A stretch of 64,000 nt of DNA, from assembly GCF_011745625.1 (NCBI RefSeq), contig NW_027191455.1, positions 1,116,001-1,180,000 on the forward strand. The letters run 5' to 3'. The notes beneath the pieces are model-generated. The model saw nothing but the letters and a program-made list of their open reading frames with translations. It was not told the origin of the DNA and did not search any database. The stretch's first letter is position 1, and every line of letters starts with the position of its first letter. Source of the stretch: Cladosporium halotolerans (Eukaryota). A program made the position numbers and the translations under genes. Below are positions 35,940 through 47,279 of this stretch, one piece after another.

Positions 35940-38900
35940 ATGAAGGTCACCGGCCTCGTTTCGTCTGCATTTTTCTGTTCCACGGCATTGGCCATTGGCC
36001 AAAAGCCCACCATCAACTTCAATGGCACCGGCATCCGACTTGCTGAGGGCGGCTCCAGCGTTCAGCTCTATGCCGACAATGGCGACTGGCCTGGCGTACT
36101 ACGCGTCGTCGACGACCTTGCTGAAGATTTCGGCCGGGTGACTGGCACGAAAGGTACCGTGACCCTCCTTGGCAAGGAAACGTCTCCCAGCCTCAATGCG
36201 AGCACGACCTTCAACGTGACTGGGAAGACTGGTTTCGGAACATCTGGGCCAGGGAGATACGATCGCAGAGGTGGTGCCATCATTGCTGGTACCATTGGCA
36301 ACTCGACAATCATTGACCGTCTGATAAGTGAGGGCAAGGTTGATGTCAGCGAAGTGGAGGGCAGCTGGGAGGCGTATGTCTCCACCGTCGTGGATAATCC
36401 TGTGCAAGGAGTCTCCAGAGCGGTTGTCATTGCCGGTAAGAAGGTGCCATTTCGGCTCTCAACACGAGCAGGATCGCTGACAGCATCGCAGGCGCCGACA
36501 AGAGAGGTACCATCTACGGCCTGTATTCCGTCTCAGAACAGATTGGCGTTTCACCATGGTACTTCTGGGCCGATTCACCTCCTCAGAAGCACAGTTCGAT
36601 CTATGCTCAAACCGTCACGGTTGTGCAAAAGTCACCTTCAGTCAAGTACCGTGGCATCTTCCTGAACGACGAAGCGCCAGCGCTCACCGGCCATATACAA
36701 GCCAAGTTCCACGATTCGCCGTGGGGACCGGGTTACAATGCGGAATTCTACGCCACGGTCTTTGAGTTGCTCCTCAGGCTGCGCGCCAACTATCTCTGGC
36801 CTGCCATGTGGAATTCTATGTTCAACGTCGACGATCCTCGCAGCCAGCCGCTTGCTGACGAGTACGGCATTGTCATGGGAACATCGCACACCGAGCCGAT
36901 GATGCGCGCCACAAAGGAATGGAGCGAGTTTGGCAATGGCACATGGTCTTGGGAAACAAACAACGAGACAATCTACCCGTTCTTCGTTGAAGGCGCTGAG
37001 CGCTCTGCTCCTTACGAGAGCGTTGTCACAATGGGAATGCGCGGCTACCACGATACTCCGATCGGGCCTACGAACGATATTGTGCTGCTTGAGGCCATCG
37101 TCGCTGCACAGACTGAGATCTTGACGGATATTTGGGGAGAGGACGCTGTTTCCGACCCCAGCGTTGTCCCGCAGATGTGGTGTTTGTACAAAGAGGTCCA
37201 GGGATACATTGATGCCGGCATGGAGGTCCCCGACTACATCACCCTTCTGTGGGCCGACGACAACTTTGGCAACATCAGACGTCTTCCTCGCGGCAACGAA
37301 ACTGATCGCAGTGGTGGAGCTGGAGTCTACTACCACTTTGACTACGTTGGAGACCCCCGAAGCTACAAGTGGATCAACACTGCCAAGCTGCAGAAGACTT
37401 GGGAGCAGATGCACATGGCGTACGAACGCAACGCTCGCGAGATCTGGGTTGTCAACGTTGGTGATCTCAAGCCTCTCGAACTTCCCATCAGTCACATGAT
37501 GGATCTTGCATACGACATCAGCCTTTGGGACAAAGACAGCGTGCCTACTTGGTTGAAGCATTGGGCTTCCAGAGAGTTCGGTACAAGTGTAGCTTCGCAG
37601 ACCGCTGAGCTCATGAACAACTACACAAAAACTGTCGGCAGGAGAAAGTATGAACTTACGGATGTCAGCACCTACAACATCATCAATTATGAGGAAGCAG
37701 ACAGAGTTATGGCAACTTGGAAGAACATGGCTGACGTTGCAGAGACCATCTACAACAGCCTCCCTGAAGAGACGAAGGCTGCATTCTTCGAAATGGTCTA
37801 CCACCCGGTGACGGCAGGTTACGTCCTCCACGACATTATGATTTCGACAGCCAAGAACAATCTGTATGCTGGACAGGGCCGCAACAGCGCCAACGCGCTC
37901 GCTGATCATGTCCGCGAGCAATTCAACCGCGACCACGAGCTGTCGGCTGAGTACAACAGCATGTTGGATGGGAAGTGGGAGCACATGATGGATCAGACCC
38001 ACATCGGATACCGCTACTGGCAGCAGCCCATGCGTCAAGTCTTGCCTGGCTTGCAGTACGTGCAGACCCAAGAGCGCGCGCTGACGGGCGATATGGGAGT
38101 CACCACAGAGTCTTCTAATGCCACCGTTCCTGGCGATGACCCTTACCACGACAATGGGTCAAACTCGCTCACCATGCAGCCACTCGATCCTTATGGCGCT
38201 ACGTCTCGCTGGATCGAAATCTTCTGCGTTGGGACTCAGGATTTTGACTGGAACATCACGGCTAACGTATCTTTTGTCTCCTTCTCGCAGTCTTCTGGAT
38301 CCCTCTCGCCGAGTGGCGAGACTGATGTTCGAATTTATGCGACGATTGACTGGGAGCAGGCTCCTGAGGGCAGCGGAATGGTTCAGCTGAACGTCAGCTC
38401 GAGCACCGACTACGGTGCGCAGTTCAACATGCCGCAGTTGATGATGCCTTACACCCACACCAGCGTGCCAGACGCTTTCAGCGGCCACGTCGAATCCGAC
38501 CGCCACGTCTCCATCGAGGCCGAGCACTGGACGTCAGTCACAAACTCATCGTCAGCGCACTACGAAGTCATCACAGGCCTCTCTCGCACCCTTTCCGGCG
38601 TAACACTCTCCCCCATCACCGCGCCCTCTTTCACCACTTCAAATGCTCCCGGCCTGACCTACGATTTCTACACCTTCTCCGCCTCCTCAGTCACAAACCT
38701 CACGAACATCACAGTCGTCATGACGCCCAACCTTAACACCATCCCCGACCGTCCGCTTCGCTACGCCATCCAGCTCGACGACCAAGAGGTCAAGACCGTC
38801 CAGCCCGTCATCGACCAGCCTAACGGCGCAAACCCGCGCGATTGGAATACTGCGGTCGCGAACAATGCCTGGCTGGGGACGAGCAACTTCACGTACTCTG

Positions 38901-39025
38901 GACCAGGCGAGCACACGCTGAAGCTGTGGGCGCTGGAGCCGGGGCTTGTGTTTAACAGTGTTTGGGTCAACCTGGGTGGGATCAAGCCGAGTTATTTGGG
39001 ACCGCCGGAGAGTGCGAGGGTGTGA
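35940..39025 (+). CDS. Glycoside hydrolase family 115 (xylan alpha-1,2-glucuronidase), secreted; one intron
   Basis: Signal peptide; PSVKYRGIFLNDE, ANYLWPAMW, GTSHTEPM, GVYYHFDYVGDPRSYKW, NVGDLKP, YLGPPES. Intron 36436-36491. Confidence 0.93.
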
Positions 39026-39657
39026 GTGAGCGTGAGAGTTGTGGTAGTGAAGTTGTTCATTATTAATGGAATTGAGAAACGTGAATCGCCATTGCCATTG
39101 AGTTTCGCCCAAGGACGGAGTGACCAATGAATAAGACACCCTTTAATATATGTACCCCTCACGTGCTTGCCTGCCGAAAACCTGTAAGCCCCCTTTGGTG
39201 GGCTTACTGTAAGAACAATAATAAACGTGTAGCGCATAAGCCACGACCAATATTCAGAGCCCCACCCAAATGGCCCCACGTAGACCAAACGCTGGATCAG
39301 GAGTCCCAAGAGAGTTAAAGATGCGCGCTGCCTCAAAACAGACAAGCCCCAGATCCGCCGGGAGCGCCAGCCCGTACCCTACTGTACCGTATCCAGCGAC
39401 CTGGATGACTTAATCACTTCCCACCACTCACCGTCCTGTCAGCCCCGCAGCAAAGGACCCGACAACGCCTTATATATCTCTGCATATCCCACCTGGCACG
39501 GCATTCGACATTCTCGTCTCGGCACCCGCAACCCGCACGTGGCACTCGCATCGGACTCGGCTGGCGGGGGACAGGCTAGACGAGAAGTAGGGTGGGGTCG
39601 CGCCTTGCACCGGAGACCGCTCATAGGTAAAAAGCAACCCAGGCCAGCCTTTCGCCC

Positions 39658-42591
39658 ATGGCCGACTCGCACGCGTCCTCCTCCAACAGCCCCGCCGATG
39701 CTGGCGCTGCGAACGGCGACAGCCCTCCCGCCGACGCGCGACAAGCAGAGCAGCCCTCGCCGCCGCCCAACGCTGCCGGCGCAAACGATGGCCCCGCGGC
39801 GCCTGCGAAACCAACTGTTGATGCGCAAGGGCGTCCGCTCAATCCCAGGTCCTGCGTGACGTGTCGCAAAAGGAAGGTGAAGTGTGATAAGACGCACCCA
39901 TGCACGAATTGCAAGCGCGCGCGGATTGATTGTATCTATCCTGCGCCGGGGAGGGCTCCGAGGAAGGTGAGGAAGGTTGGTGAGGGAAGGGATAAAGAGC
40001 TCTTGGAGAGGCTCAGAAGATTGGAGGGTGTGGTCAAGACGCTTGGGGTTGAGGTACCGGATGGTCAGGAGTCAAAGGACACAGGCAAAGAGGCTGAGGG
40101 GGCTGCAGCTGCGGACACATCACGGCGCACCGTGAGCGGAGATGCCGGGACACCAGCACCTCGAGAGAATGGCGGGGCTCGTCAAGGAGAGCTGAAGCGC
40201 CGTTGGACTGCAAGCCAAACCGAAGACGCTGAATCCAAGCCGCAAGCAAGGTGGGTGGAAGATGGATCATCGAAAGGCCACTTTGAGCATAGGTTCGGCC
40301 GACTCGTCGTCAACGAGGGCAGGTCGCGCTACATCAACAACTCCTTCTGGGCGAATCTGAGCAACGAGGTGGAAGATCTCAAGGGAATCCTCAATCAGTC
40401 CAGCGATGATGAAGATCCAGATACACCGAACGAAAACGGGCAGGTATCCGGCAATCACCATGGCTTCATCTTTGGCTTCAGCTCGCAAAACGTCGACATG
40501 CTGTCTTTGCACCCGCTTCCGCAACAGATAGGCGCATACTGGCATGCTTTCAAGGAAAACGTCGATCCTTTAGTCAAAGTACTGCACATTCCGACCTTCG
40601 AGCACACGATCCAGGGCGCGGCTTCAAACCTGCAAAACCTACCGCGAGGCCTCGAAGCTTTGCTATTCACGATATATTACGGCGCAGTAACGAGTTTGTC
40701 TGGCGATGATTGCGAGGCCAAGTTTGGAGAAGAGAAGTCAGTCTTGTTAGCCAGATACCGCTTCGCAATCGAGCAAGCACTTGCGCGCGCAAACTTCCTG
40801 ATCACGGAGGAGATCGTTGTTCTGCAAGCACTGGTTCTCTTCCTGATGTGCTTGCGACGGAACAGCTATGCGCGCGTGATCTGGACACTGACCGGGCTTG
40901 TCGTCCGCATTGCGCAGACAATCGGCGTCCACAGGGATGGTGTTCACTTCGGCCTGAAGCCATTCGATGTTGAAATGCGCCGAAGACTCTGGTGGCAGGT
41001 CTGCATTCTCGACACCAGAGCCAGTGAAGACCACGGCTGCGATCCCACCATCACCGAGCAGTCTTTCGATACCAAGATGCCACTGAACATCAACGATGTC
41101 GACATCACACCAGACGCAACGGAATTTCCCACCGAGAAGCGAGGTTGCACAGACATGTCGTTCTGCCTCATTCGTTTCGAGGTGTCGAATACTTTCCGCC
41201 GCATCAACTACATCCCACCTGGCCCGCCCAAGGCTTGCACTGAGCATTTCGCCGGCATCACTCTACAAGAGAAGGAGAGGTGGATCACGGAGTGCCATCA
41301 GCGTCTGGAAGAAAGATATCTCAAGAATTGCGACATGACTGTTCCCTTGTTCTGGGTCACTGCGACGGTCGCTCGCTTGATGATGAGCAAGATGTGGTTG
41401 ATGGTCTACCATCCGTTTCAGCGGCAAGACGGTGGCACATCGCTGTCTCCGGAGACAAAAGACAAGCTTTTCATCACCAGTCTGGAGAACATCGAGTACA
41501 GTATCCTGCTGGAGACCGAAGCTCGCACCATGAAATGGGGCTGGCTCTTCAAGACGTACATGCAATGGCACGCGCTCGCCTTCATCTTGAGCGAGCTGTG
41601 CCACCGCACCACCGGCGACCTCGTCGAACGCGCATGGGTGGCAGTAGATGCGACAAGGGACGGACGTTGGGGAGAGCGCACGTCTGAGAACGACTCACGC
41701 GGACACCTGTGGCGGCCATTGAAGAAGCTCTATCACAAAGCAAAAGATGCGCGCAGGCGTGGGTTACAAGAGGAGCAGCTGGTCAAGCATCGTGTCTCCG
41801 GCACTATGCCCACCAGGACTTACTCGCCCAACGCCAACCCAATGTTCGGTAACCCAAAGATCCCAACGGTAACGAGAGCGCCTCTCAGCCAAGCCCAACT
41901 CCAGCGCTTCACCCAAGGTCCAGTTTACGGCCAGCGACCCATCGACTCTCACGAACTCCTGAAGTCGCCGCGTCTAGCTCTCGCAGTCGGAGGCGTCGAA
42001 GTAGACCCAATGGACATCGTACCGCAAGACAGCCTGGTGGCCATACCTGAAGAGAATGTCAGAGCTTTTGGCCACGCGCCGCACGGAAGCGTTTCGTCGG
42101 CTACCAGTTTCGGCCAGCGCAACATCCAGCCCGTCAGACCTCAGGCGCAACACCCAAGCAGCTTGAGCAATTCCCGCCCAGAGTTTGGCGAAAACTTCAC
42201 GCAAGCTGCGGGCTCAGTGGATTACGGTACCGGCGATATGGTCAATTTGCGCAACTCAAATGGCGGCAACGGCGCCATCTTCCCACCCAACCAAGCAAAC
42301 GACGCGTTCCCGAATGCCACCGCCGCCGGCCCTCAGAATCCAATGCGCATTCCCTCAATCGACTCTAACTTTGACCCCGTCATGGACACCTCCGGCGATC
42401 TGGACTGGGAAAATTGGGACCAGTTGGTGAGGCAGTTCGGGATGGACGTCGATCCAGGCGAGGGTGAGGTGGGTGTCGACGATACCGCGTGGAACGGTTT
42501 TGGTGGTGTTGCGAACAATGGGCAGACACCAGGTGCTGGGCAGCAGAATTATCGGATGGGTCCGGCGATGGGTGGTGGGGATTGGTTTTAG
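39658..42591 (+). CDS. Zn(II)2Cys6 transcription factor with fungal-specific TF domain
   Basis: CVTCRKRKVKCDKTHPCTNCKRARIDC; middle homology region GVHRDG...EMRRRLWW. Confidence 0.93.
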   Translation: MADSHASSSNSPADAGAANGDSPPADARQAEQPSPPPNAAGANDGPAAPAKPTVDAQGRPLNPRSCVTCRKRKVKCDKTHPCTNCKRARIDCIYPAPGRAPRKVRKVGEGRDKELLERLRRLEGVVKTLGVEVPDGQESKDTGKEAEGAAAADTSRRTVSGDAGTPAPRENGGARQGELKRRWTASQTEDAESKPQARWVEDGSSKGHFEHRFGRLVVNEGRSRYINNSFWANLSNEVEDLKGILNQSSDDEDPDTPNENGQVSGNHHGFIFGFSSQNVDMLSLHPLPQQIGAYWHAFKENVDPLVKVLHIPTFEHTIQGAASNLQNLPRGLEALLFTIYYGAVTSLSGDDCEAKFGEEKSVLLARYRFAIEQALARANFLITEEIVVLQALVLFLMCLRRNSYARVIWTLTGLVVRIAQTIGVHRDGVHFGLKPFDVEMRRRLWWQVCILDTRASEDHGCDPTITEQSFDTKMPLNINDVDITPDATEFPTEKRGCTDMSFCLIRFEVSNTFRRINYIPPGPPKACTEHFAGITLQEKERWITECHQRLEERYLKNCDMTVPLFWVTATVARLMMSKMWLMVYHPFQRQDGGTSLSPETKDKLFITSLENIEYSILLETEARTMKWGWLFKTYMQWHALAFILSELCHRTTGDLVERAWVAVDATRDGRWGERTSENDSRGHLWRPLKKLYHKAKDARRRGLQEEQLVKHRVSGTMPTRTYSPNANPMFGNPKIPTVTRAPLSQAQLQRFTQGPVYGQRPIDSHELLKSPRLALAVGGVEVDPMDIVPQDSLVAIPEENVRAFGHAPHGSVSSATSFGQRNIQPVRPQAQHPSSLSNSRPEFGENFTQAAGSVDYGTGDMVNLRNSNGGNGAIFPPNQANDAFPNATAAGPQNPMRIPSIDSNFDPVMDTSGDLDWENWDQLVRQFGMDVDPGEGEVGVDDTAWNGFGGVANNGQTPGAGQQNYRMGPAMGGGDWF

Positions 42592-42774
42592 GATGTGACG
42601 AGAGATGTGATTTCTGAAGATTTGTGATGGCTTGAGGCCGGAAGTGAAAATGTATTACGGCCTTTGACGACTACGATGAGAATATCCGAGAATCAAAAAT
42701 CTATGACACAGCACATATGCAGCTCCGAAGCACGCTGCGCCTCGTTCGCCAAATGTCCATTGCATGGTTTGGCT

Positions 42775-43876
42775 TTAGTTCTTCTCCTCCTTCCTCTCCT
42801 TCTCGAGCAGCTCTAGATAATGTCCGACAACGCTGACAACAACGTCTTCATAGCTCGCAAACTTGATCCCAAAAGTCTTCTCAGTCTTGCTCGCATCGAA
42901 CTTGGAGACAACGCTCGGGTTGCTCCCATTATTCGGCAGATCACCATTCTTCACGGCCTCAGGGAAACGCCTTGCAACAATTTCCTTCGCATCGTCGAAT
43001 CTGCAAACCGTCAGCAACCAACCTTCAAACCCACAACCACGGCAAAACTCACCTCATCCCATCCATCCCACTATTCGAAACAATAAAGCTCTGCCCGCCC
43101 TGAATCGCCGGATCCAGCGCCCTCACATGAATCTCAGCCGTATCGTCGACCGAGTTGAAATTATTCGGCATCGCATCCCCGCCGCTCCCCAGCACGACAT
43201 TCAGCGGAATCCGATTCGTCCCCGTCTGGAAATCCGCCGTGCTCGCTGCCAAATCGTCGCGGCCGAAGATGAACGACGGGTGGATGTGGATGACGTCGAA
43301 AGGAGGCTTCTCGGCGTCGAGCCACGCTTCGGCGCGGTTGAGGGCGGCGATTTTGGACGCGGCGTACGCGGCGCCGGGGTTCGTGATGGGGCCTTCGATC
43401 TCGGGCAGGCGGTTTTCGGCGGTGTAGATGGTTGGGTCCGGGGAGGCGAAGGCACTTAGGGGCTGGAGGGCGATGACGGAGGAGGTGACGACGATGCGGC
43501 GGACGGTGGATGTTTTGCGGGCGGATTCGAAGATGGCCAGAGTGCCGCGGACGGCGGGCTGGATGAAGTGGGTTTCGAGGTCGGAGGCGGAGGCAGGGGC
43601 TTTGGTTACGAGTGGAGAGGCGACGTGGACGATGGAGTTGACGTCGCGGGCTGCCTCGTCGAAGGCGTTGGGGACGAGGAAGTCGGGGACGATAGTGAAG
43701 GTGAGGTTGGAGTAGCCGCGTGTGTTTTGCAGGACGGGGTTGGAGCGGAGGTTGGTGGCTTTTTGTTCGCTGCGGACGGCGGCGCGGACATGGTAGCCAT
43801 GTTCAAGAGCGGCGCGGAGGGTGCGGAAGCCGAGGTGGCCGGTGGCGCCTGTGATGAGGACTAGTTCGTTGCTCAT
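42775..43876 (-). CDS. NAD(P)-dependent epimerase/dehydratase-family reductase (Gre2/aldehyde reductase II-like); one intron
   Basis: ITGATGHLG, HVASP, VTSS, YAASK. Intron 43001-43052. Confidence 0.9.
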
Positions 43877-44544
43877 GGTTGTTGATTGGTATCTAGTCGA
43901 AGAGTAGTATGTCTTAAATTGTTGCGTACTGGGTGTGTCCCGAATTCTGCGTGATTTGCAATGTTTGACGACAGCTCGACCATTATATATCTAGAAAAGC
44001 TCCGAGGCATTTTCAGTGATCATGATTACACTGACTGATTAATAACCCATGTTACGTGTGTTTTAATCGACGGCGGAGGCCGAATTGCTAATACTACACA
44101 AGGACTTCCACTGATTAGTGAACAGCCAAAACATCGTCATTATGGCGACGATTGAGGCCCTGGCGAAGTCAGATACCACAAGACGAGGTGGCATCAAGTG
44201 CGCGACATATCTCTAAAGCTCTTGAAACATCATTGGATTTTGGCGTCTCTCTCGCTGCTCTAGCAACATGATGTATCCAACTTCCCAAAAGCAATAACGT
44301 CAAGCGAGACGGCCGTACAATCACTGCTTGTCCACAAACTTCCCCTGGTATATTTAGAAGGTCAAGAAATGTTCATGAATAGGTCCGAGAAAGGGTCAAG
44401 TTGGGGATAATGTATCAGATGTCGCGTTGCGGGTCGGCTGGTTCGAGATGTCAGGCTGTACGGACTGTGCTGGGGCTTGACCCGGATGCAAGTTCGAACT
44501 GGGAACGTCAATGAGAGTCAGCAAACGGATGCTATGTCCAGATC

Positions 44545-44883
44545 TCACATATGAGAATCTCCGGCCTGGACGTTCGTCGCAGGACTCGCATGTAAGGTCT
44601 GGTCAGACCTGGCTCGTGATATGGCGCGGGAAGTATCAGACCCTCGTCGAGCGGGTGGATATTGCGGCATCGAAGTACCCGATTGACCAGACTCTAGGTC
44701 TCGTTGTTCACGCCTGTTCCTCCGCCTTTGCAAGAGGTGAACCAGGCTGATAGCCAGAGTGGCAAGTGCGAGAAACAAGGCAAGCGTGCCAATGATAACC
44801 TCGTGCAGCGAGGATTGATGGACATTGAAGTCGTTGTCTGGGGGTCTGGCACTAGGTCCAAGATCGTCCGAGGTATTGTTCAT
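44545..44883 (-). CDS. Small single-pass membrane protein (112 aa), hypothetical
   Basis: EVIIGTLALFLALATLAISLVHLL followed by QRRRNRR and DLESG. Confidence 0.55.
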   Translation of the reverse strand: MNNTSDDLGPSARPPDNDFNVHQSSLHEVIIGTLALFLALATLAISLVHLLQRRRNRREQRDLESGQSGTSMPQYPPARRGSDTSRAISRARSDQTLHASPATNVQAGDSHM

Positions 44884-45657
44884 GATCGATAAGGAAGTGG
44901 GGATTCGCCTGAACTAGCGCGTACACTCAGGTTGGAACCCAATTTGCGAATGTGTTTTATCAGGCTTTGTGGTCTTCGCGGACCACATATTTATACTAGC
45001 AACCAACGTTACCGCACGCACCTGTATCAACGGGTGACGTGGGACCGAGTCCTGGGCTGGGTTGCGCGCCCTGCATGCATTCGTCCCCACCTTCCTTGCC
45101 AACCTTCCCACCCTTGTAGCAGTCGCCCGCCAGTGCCTGGGGAGCAGCAGATCTACTTTCGCTGCGTCTGTCGCGGTAAGACCCACTTCCCCTGCACCTC
45201 GCTTGCTGACGCTCCACAAACCAGCGGCGTGTCCAGCGCCGTCACGCCATGTGCATGGCGCCTGTCTGTGACTTTTCAAGTGAGATGATCCCGGCTTCCG
45301 TTCAAGCTCGAGGCTGCGCCGACCCCGATGTCTGCACGCTGTCATGTGGCAGGCGCGTGCTCGAGCACTGCCGTGCGTCTGTTGTGTGAGGCTGAGCGGG
45401 TCGTTTTGTGGCGGCTTGGTCATCCTACACGGCTCCACGAGCCGGAGGATGGGCGAGAACAAGGCCGCGGCATGGATGCCTCAGGCGTTTTTCTTTTGGG
45501 ACCGTCAAATCGCGAGCGACGCTCTAGATGCCGTGATGTTAGCTGTGTCATGGCGTCTGTTCTTGAACGTCCATGGCTAGTAAACTGTTTTGGCGAGAAG
45601 TAGGTCACAGGCCTATGCAACAGGCGATTCACCGGATTGTGGGCCGTCAATGAGGAC

Positions 45658-45736
45658 ATGGCATGATGAAGTATTGTTGATAAGCGGCGCAGGAAAACTT
45701 TTGATTGATCATGACAGCAGGACGGTATCTGATGCT
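45658..45736 (+). ncRNA. Candidate box C/D snoRNA (snR79-like, 18S Cm1007 guide)
   Basis: Box C ATGATGA 45663-45669; box D CTGA 45729-45732; GACGGTAT before box D is antisense to conserved 18S AUACCGUC. Only 8 contiguous guide nucleotides, weak terminal stem, and it overlaps the probable RPS19 3'UTR. Confidence 0.4.
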
Positions 45737-45851
45737 CAGCGCTTGAGACACCAATGTATTTAGTTCCCTTGATGAACCACCCATTTGACCCCGCCGGTTC
45801 CCTGCGCCAGGCGCCTTGCAGCAATTAAAACACCCGAAGTGGCGAGCACGC

Positions 45852-46603
45852 TTACTCGTCGTCCTCGTCCTCCTCCTCGGCCTCGATGGTGGTCTGGGCG
45901 ATACGGTCCAAGTCACGCTGGCCGGACTGGGTGATGCGGCGGCCACCCTTGTCCTCGTCGGTCTCGAGGACACCGATCTTCTCGAGGGACTGGCAGATCT
46001 TGCGGTCGACGGAGCCGGAGGCGTCGACGTGGTGGGACGGGCGGTTGCCGCGGTTCTTGGTGCCACCGTGGACCTTGCGCAGACGGCCGACACCGACGGT
46101 CTTGCGCATGTAGATGTGACGGGCGACAGCGGCGGCACGGACGTAGTACCTCGGAGAATGTTAGTGGAAATTCAGCATATCAAGATGAAAAGAAAAATCT
46201 TACCAGTCAATGCTCTGGGGAGGAAGCTCCTTGAGGTGACCGGTCTTGACGGTGTCGCTCCAACCTGTAGACAGATGTCTCGTCAGCACTTGTTCGAAGA
46301 GCGCTTCACTAGACATTCGTCCCCCGTCCCGCACGAGATTCAGGTTTCTCCATCCGATTTATTCCAATGTCCGAGCAGGGTGCGTGAGGCACCCGTGCCA
46401 TCCCGCATTGAATGCGATCCTCCTCTTGGTGTGCGAGATCCGAGAGACGTTTGCGTCGTGATTTGTTTTTGCGCGGTGCGTTGCGCATTGGTGTGTCGGG
46501 CTCACGAACCAGGGATGGGGAGCTTGCCCTGACGCTTCAGGAAAGCAGCGTAGGCGTTGATGAACTTGTCCGCCTGGACATCGCGAACGGAGACACCGGG
46601 CAT
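45852..46603 (-). CDS. RPS19: 40S ribosomal protein S19 (eS19); two introns
   Basis: Exons 46603-46510, 46264-46204 and 46149-45852 give MPGVSVRDVQADKFINAYAAFLKRQGKLPIPGWSDTVKTGHLKELPPQSIDWYYVRAAAVARHIYMRKTVGVG...GQRDLDRIA. Confidence 0.97.
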
Positions 46604-47279
46604 GTTGGCGGTATTTGTCGGGATCGAAGTCGTCGGAGGGAGGGTGTGCTGGTGAAGTCGTCGTCGTCGCGGCCGCTGAAGCTGAAGATGGGCTTGGATA
46701 TCGAACTTTTCGGGTGCGCCGCGACTTGCGCTAGTGGGCGGGAAGCGCGGGGGCTAGGAAAATCGTTTCGCCGCTTGCTCTTTGTATCACGTGCCGACCG
46801 TCACGTGAGTGACTCCCCAGCTCAAACTCAGACAGGGATGCAAGTGTCAGATCTCCACTGCGGTGTGCCTGGCGCAAGTCGCCCGTAGCCCGTAGCTTTG
46901 CATCTATCCGATGCCAGATGCCTTGGCCCATGGGCTGGCCCGGGGGCATGTCAGCCTTATACAGCTGGATGTCAACCCAGACACACTGCCTCAGAAGCCA
47001 TTGCGTGGGTCAAGATGGCATTTCGCCACGGGGATGGCGATCGTCGGAATGGCACCAGTAGACAGTCGAGAAAACGCTATCATGCACGCTCCTCATTGCT
47101 GATTCTGATTGGCTCGTGCTAATGTCTGCTTTTGCATCGTGAAAAGATGATTGCCATGTCTCAAGAATCCCTCTGAAATGTCGTAGGTAGCCTTCAGAAT
47201 GTCGCGCGCGGGCCCTGGCCTGTGATCAATGCTCGCTTCTCGTGCCTTCAGCCTCGTACCATCATCCACCGACACCAAG

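Noticed and set aside
36638..38149. 503-aa antisense ORF
   Set aside because: Shadow of the GH115 gene caused by codon bias; no motifs.
33283..43876. Secondary-metabolite cluster (tyrosinase, TF, reductase)
   Set aside because: No PKS, NRPS, terpene or RiPP core gene, and unrelated genes are interspersed.
46265..46509. Intronic snoRNA in RPS19 intron 1
   Set aside because: No box C on the sense strand; an H/ACA RNA cannot be judged by eye.
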